Below are positions 61,661 to 64,000 of a stretch of 64,000 nt of DNA, in pieces; position 1 is the stretch's first letter; every line of letters starts with the position of its first letter. Under the pieces are notes generated by a model that was not told the origin of the DNA, made no database searches, and saw only the letters and a program-made list of their open reading frames with translations. The position numbers and the translations under genes are program-made. This stretch comes from Hemiscyllium ocellatum (taxonomy: Eukaryota): NCBI RefSeq assembly GCF_020745735.1, contig NW_026867451.1:1-64000 (forward strand). The letters run 5' to 3'.

Positions 61661-64000
61661 GGGGCATGTCTTCATGAGAAAGTCTCTACATTATTTTACA
61701 GGACATTCTGAATCTCCAGCAATTTCTCTCATGTTGTTCGATTCCACATTAAAAATACAATTTAGCCACATGACAAATCAAACTTACTTTTTCGTCACTG
61801 CTTTCATTTCTGTCGAATTGAGATTATCATTTTTTTTGAATGTTCGGTCTGTTAAAGTGCAATTGCTCAATAACCACAAAATGAAAAGCAAACTAAAATG
61901 GTGTCTGGGTCTATAATTTATTGTCAGACATTAAAAAAAACCCAGCAGTCTCACAATGCTGCATTTCAAGCCTTGATCAGCTCATTTAAAGAAACCAGGT
62001 CAGACTCCAATCAGCCATGATGGTGATGAATGGCAGAGCAGGCTGGAAGGATTGCATGGCCTCCTCCTGCTCCAATTTTCCACGTTTCTAAACCGGCTTC
62101 AATACCCAAGAAAACTGAAGATGCAGAATTATAAGCCTTCAGCAGATGATTTAGGTAAATAGGTTACACATTCGAGTTTTTAGTCAGCATATAAAGTTAG
62201 TCCATTTGATCGCCCAGTATTGTTGCTTGAGGCTGAGATTACAGTTCATTAGAAGCTTTCCCACCACTAAGATGAATCTGGTTGCGGGATTTATCTAGAT
62301 AATTTTGAATAAAAGTATTTTAAATGTTGTGATTCTCCTGTCTCTGATTCCATGCCTCTATTTGAACAGGATTAGATTGTTGTGGATATTACCACTGCAG
62401 CTTCAATGTTACTTTTCTCTGTATCCTTAGGTGTCTCCAATTCAGTTGTTATCAGTTGCCAACACTCACTGACAATCAGCCTTTCTAATTGAAGCAGAAA
62501 TTGCTGGAGAAGCCCAATAGGTCACAGGACTCCAAAACATTAACTCTGCTTTCCTGCCACAGATGCTGCCAGACTTGCTGAGATTCTCCAGCATTTCATT
62601 ATTGTTTCAGATTTCCAGCATCTGCAATTTTGTTTTATTTTAGCCTTTCTAAAATTCTGTCAAACTTCATCTCATCCAAGTCTCAACTACATTTTTTTCA
62701 CCATGAACTGGACACCAACTTCCTCTTCATAATACTTCAGCAAGGCCCCTGCCCCTGTGAAGTTTAAAAAGGGCATTTATGATAATTGGCTCCACTCATT
62801 CTTTTGCTACCCTTTCACGGTTTATGACTAAGGATGACTTTGGATTCCCTTTTAAAGTTAGCTGCCTTACTCTTTATTTCCCCTCTGAACTGTCTATATT
62901 TCACACGGTTCTCACTGGGGTTAAAAATAAAACATATCCTTTGCAACATCATGCAGGGGATTAGAGTATTATTTTTGCCAACATTTCCTGCTTATGGAAA
63001 TGTTAAGCTGTACTGTACAGCTGTAGCTGAACATTGCCCAGATTTGTGCTTTAATGCCCTTTCTTAAATGCCCTCTTGCCCCATTGAAATCAGCCCTCCT
63101 CCAACTCAGAATTATTCTGGTTTGTTCCTTGTTCATTTAATACACAAGCTAAAATCTTTTGATACAACGATCGATGCTTTCTTAAATGACCCCAGTCTAA
63201 TATTTAATGCATTTTATACATATTGTGTGTATGCACACAGATTCTGAAGTTGGCAGTGCAAATTGAAGATATCATTAGGATTCTGAACATTATAAATAGG
63301 ACCATTGCATGCAAAATAAGGAAATTATGACAAATGGTTCCAAACAGCCCAGCCTTTCCCTTATGTCTAGTATTTATACAGCAAGCTTCAGGAAGGGATT
63401 TGAGAAGGTGCACAAAAGGTACACAAAAATGGTACCAGAGATGAGCAACTGGACAACTATGTGGATAGTTTGGAGAAGCTCGGGCTGCTCTTTATGGAGA
63501 ACAGAAGATGAAGAAGACATTTTACACGTGTTCAAAATCATGAGGGATTTCAATAGAGTAGCGTAAAAGGGTAGGAGAATGCATTTGGATTGGTTACTGT
63601 TTGGATGGTTGGTGTGGACTTGTTGGGCCAAGTGGCCTGTCTCCATTCTGTATGGATTCTATTTAAAAAAGGCTTGAGAAGAAAAGGACACTGATTTAAA
63701 ATCATCAGCAAAATAAAACAACGGTTACAAGGAATCCTTTCTTTAAAACCAGCATAGTTCGGAAACTGGAATGTTCTGCCTGATAGTTTAGTGGTGGAGG
63801 CAGCTTCAACTGAGGTCTTCAAAAGGAATCTACAATTTTCATAAGGAGAGGTTTTGCAGTATCACATGGTAAAAGGACTTGGGAGTGAACATAGGCAAGT
63901 TCCTCTTTGAAAGCTGATCAAATCATTGCCTCCGAGTTGTTACCATTGATCGTTGTATAACATTGCACAAACTACCAGCTCACCAGTTATTTCCTAATGG

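Noticed and set aside
1-64000. CRISPR arrays, rRNA or prokaryotic systems
   Set aside because: Tandem repeats lack unique spacers and the window is intron-containing vertebrate DNA.

Overview
Vertebrate genomic DNA from a cartilaginous fish (shark; inferred from the VH/Cmu sequences and elasmobranch-type SINE, CR1 and Penelope repeats). The centrepiece is one complete IgM heavy-chain cluster on the + strand (27575-48136): leader exon, a single already-joined VDJ exon with no RSS or intersegment spacers, a 10.1-kb J-C intron, Cmu1-Cmu4 with secretory tail, and TM1/TM2. As written the gene carries four single-base frameshifts (three in VDJ, one in Cmu3). All lie at G/C bases or runs, while splice sites and invariant residues are otherwise intact, so it is either a young pseudogene or a functional germline-joined gene with assembly indels. 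About 9 kb downstream, on the - strand, is a disabled terminal exon of a collagen galactosyltransferase (COLGALT2-like) gene. Much of the rest is decayed CR1-clade LINEs, HE1/V-SINE-like SINEs, a Gypsy pol remnant and Penelope-like elements. The Penelope terminal repeats carry minimal hammerhead-ribozyme cores and recur as ~200-bp fold-back mini-elements with 13-15-bp target-site duplications. Repeat boundaries are approximate, and all homology calls are from recall with no database search.
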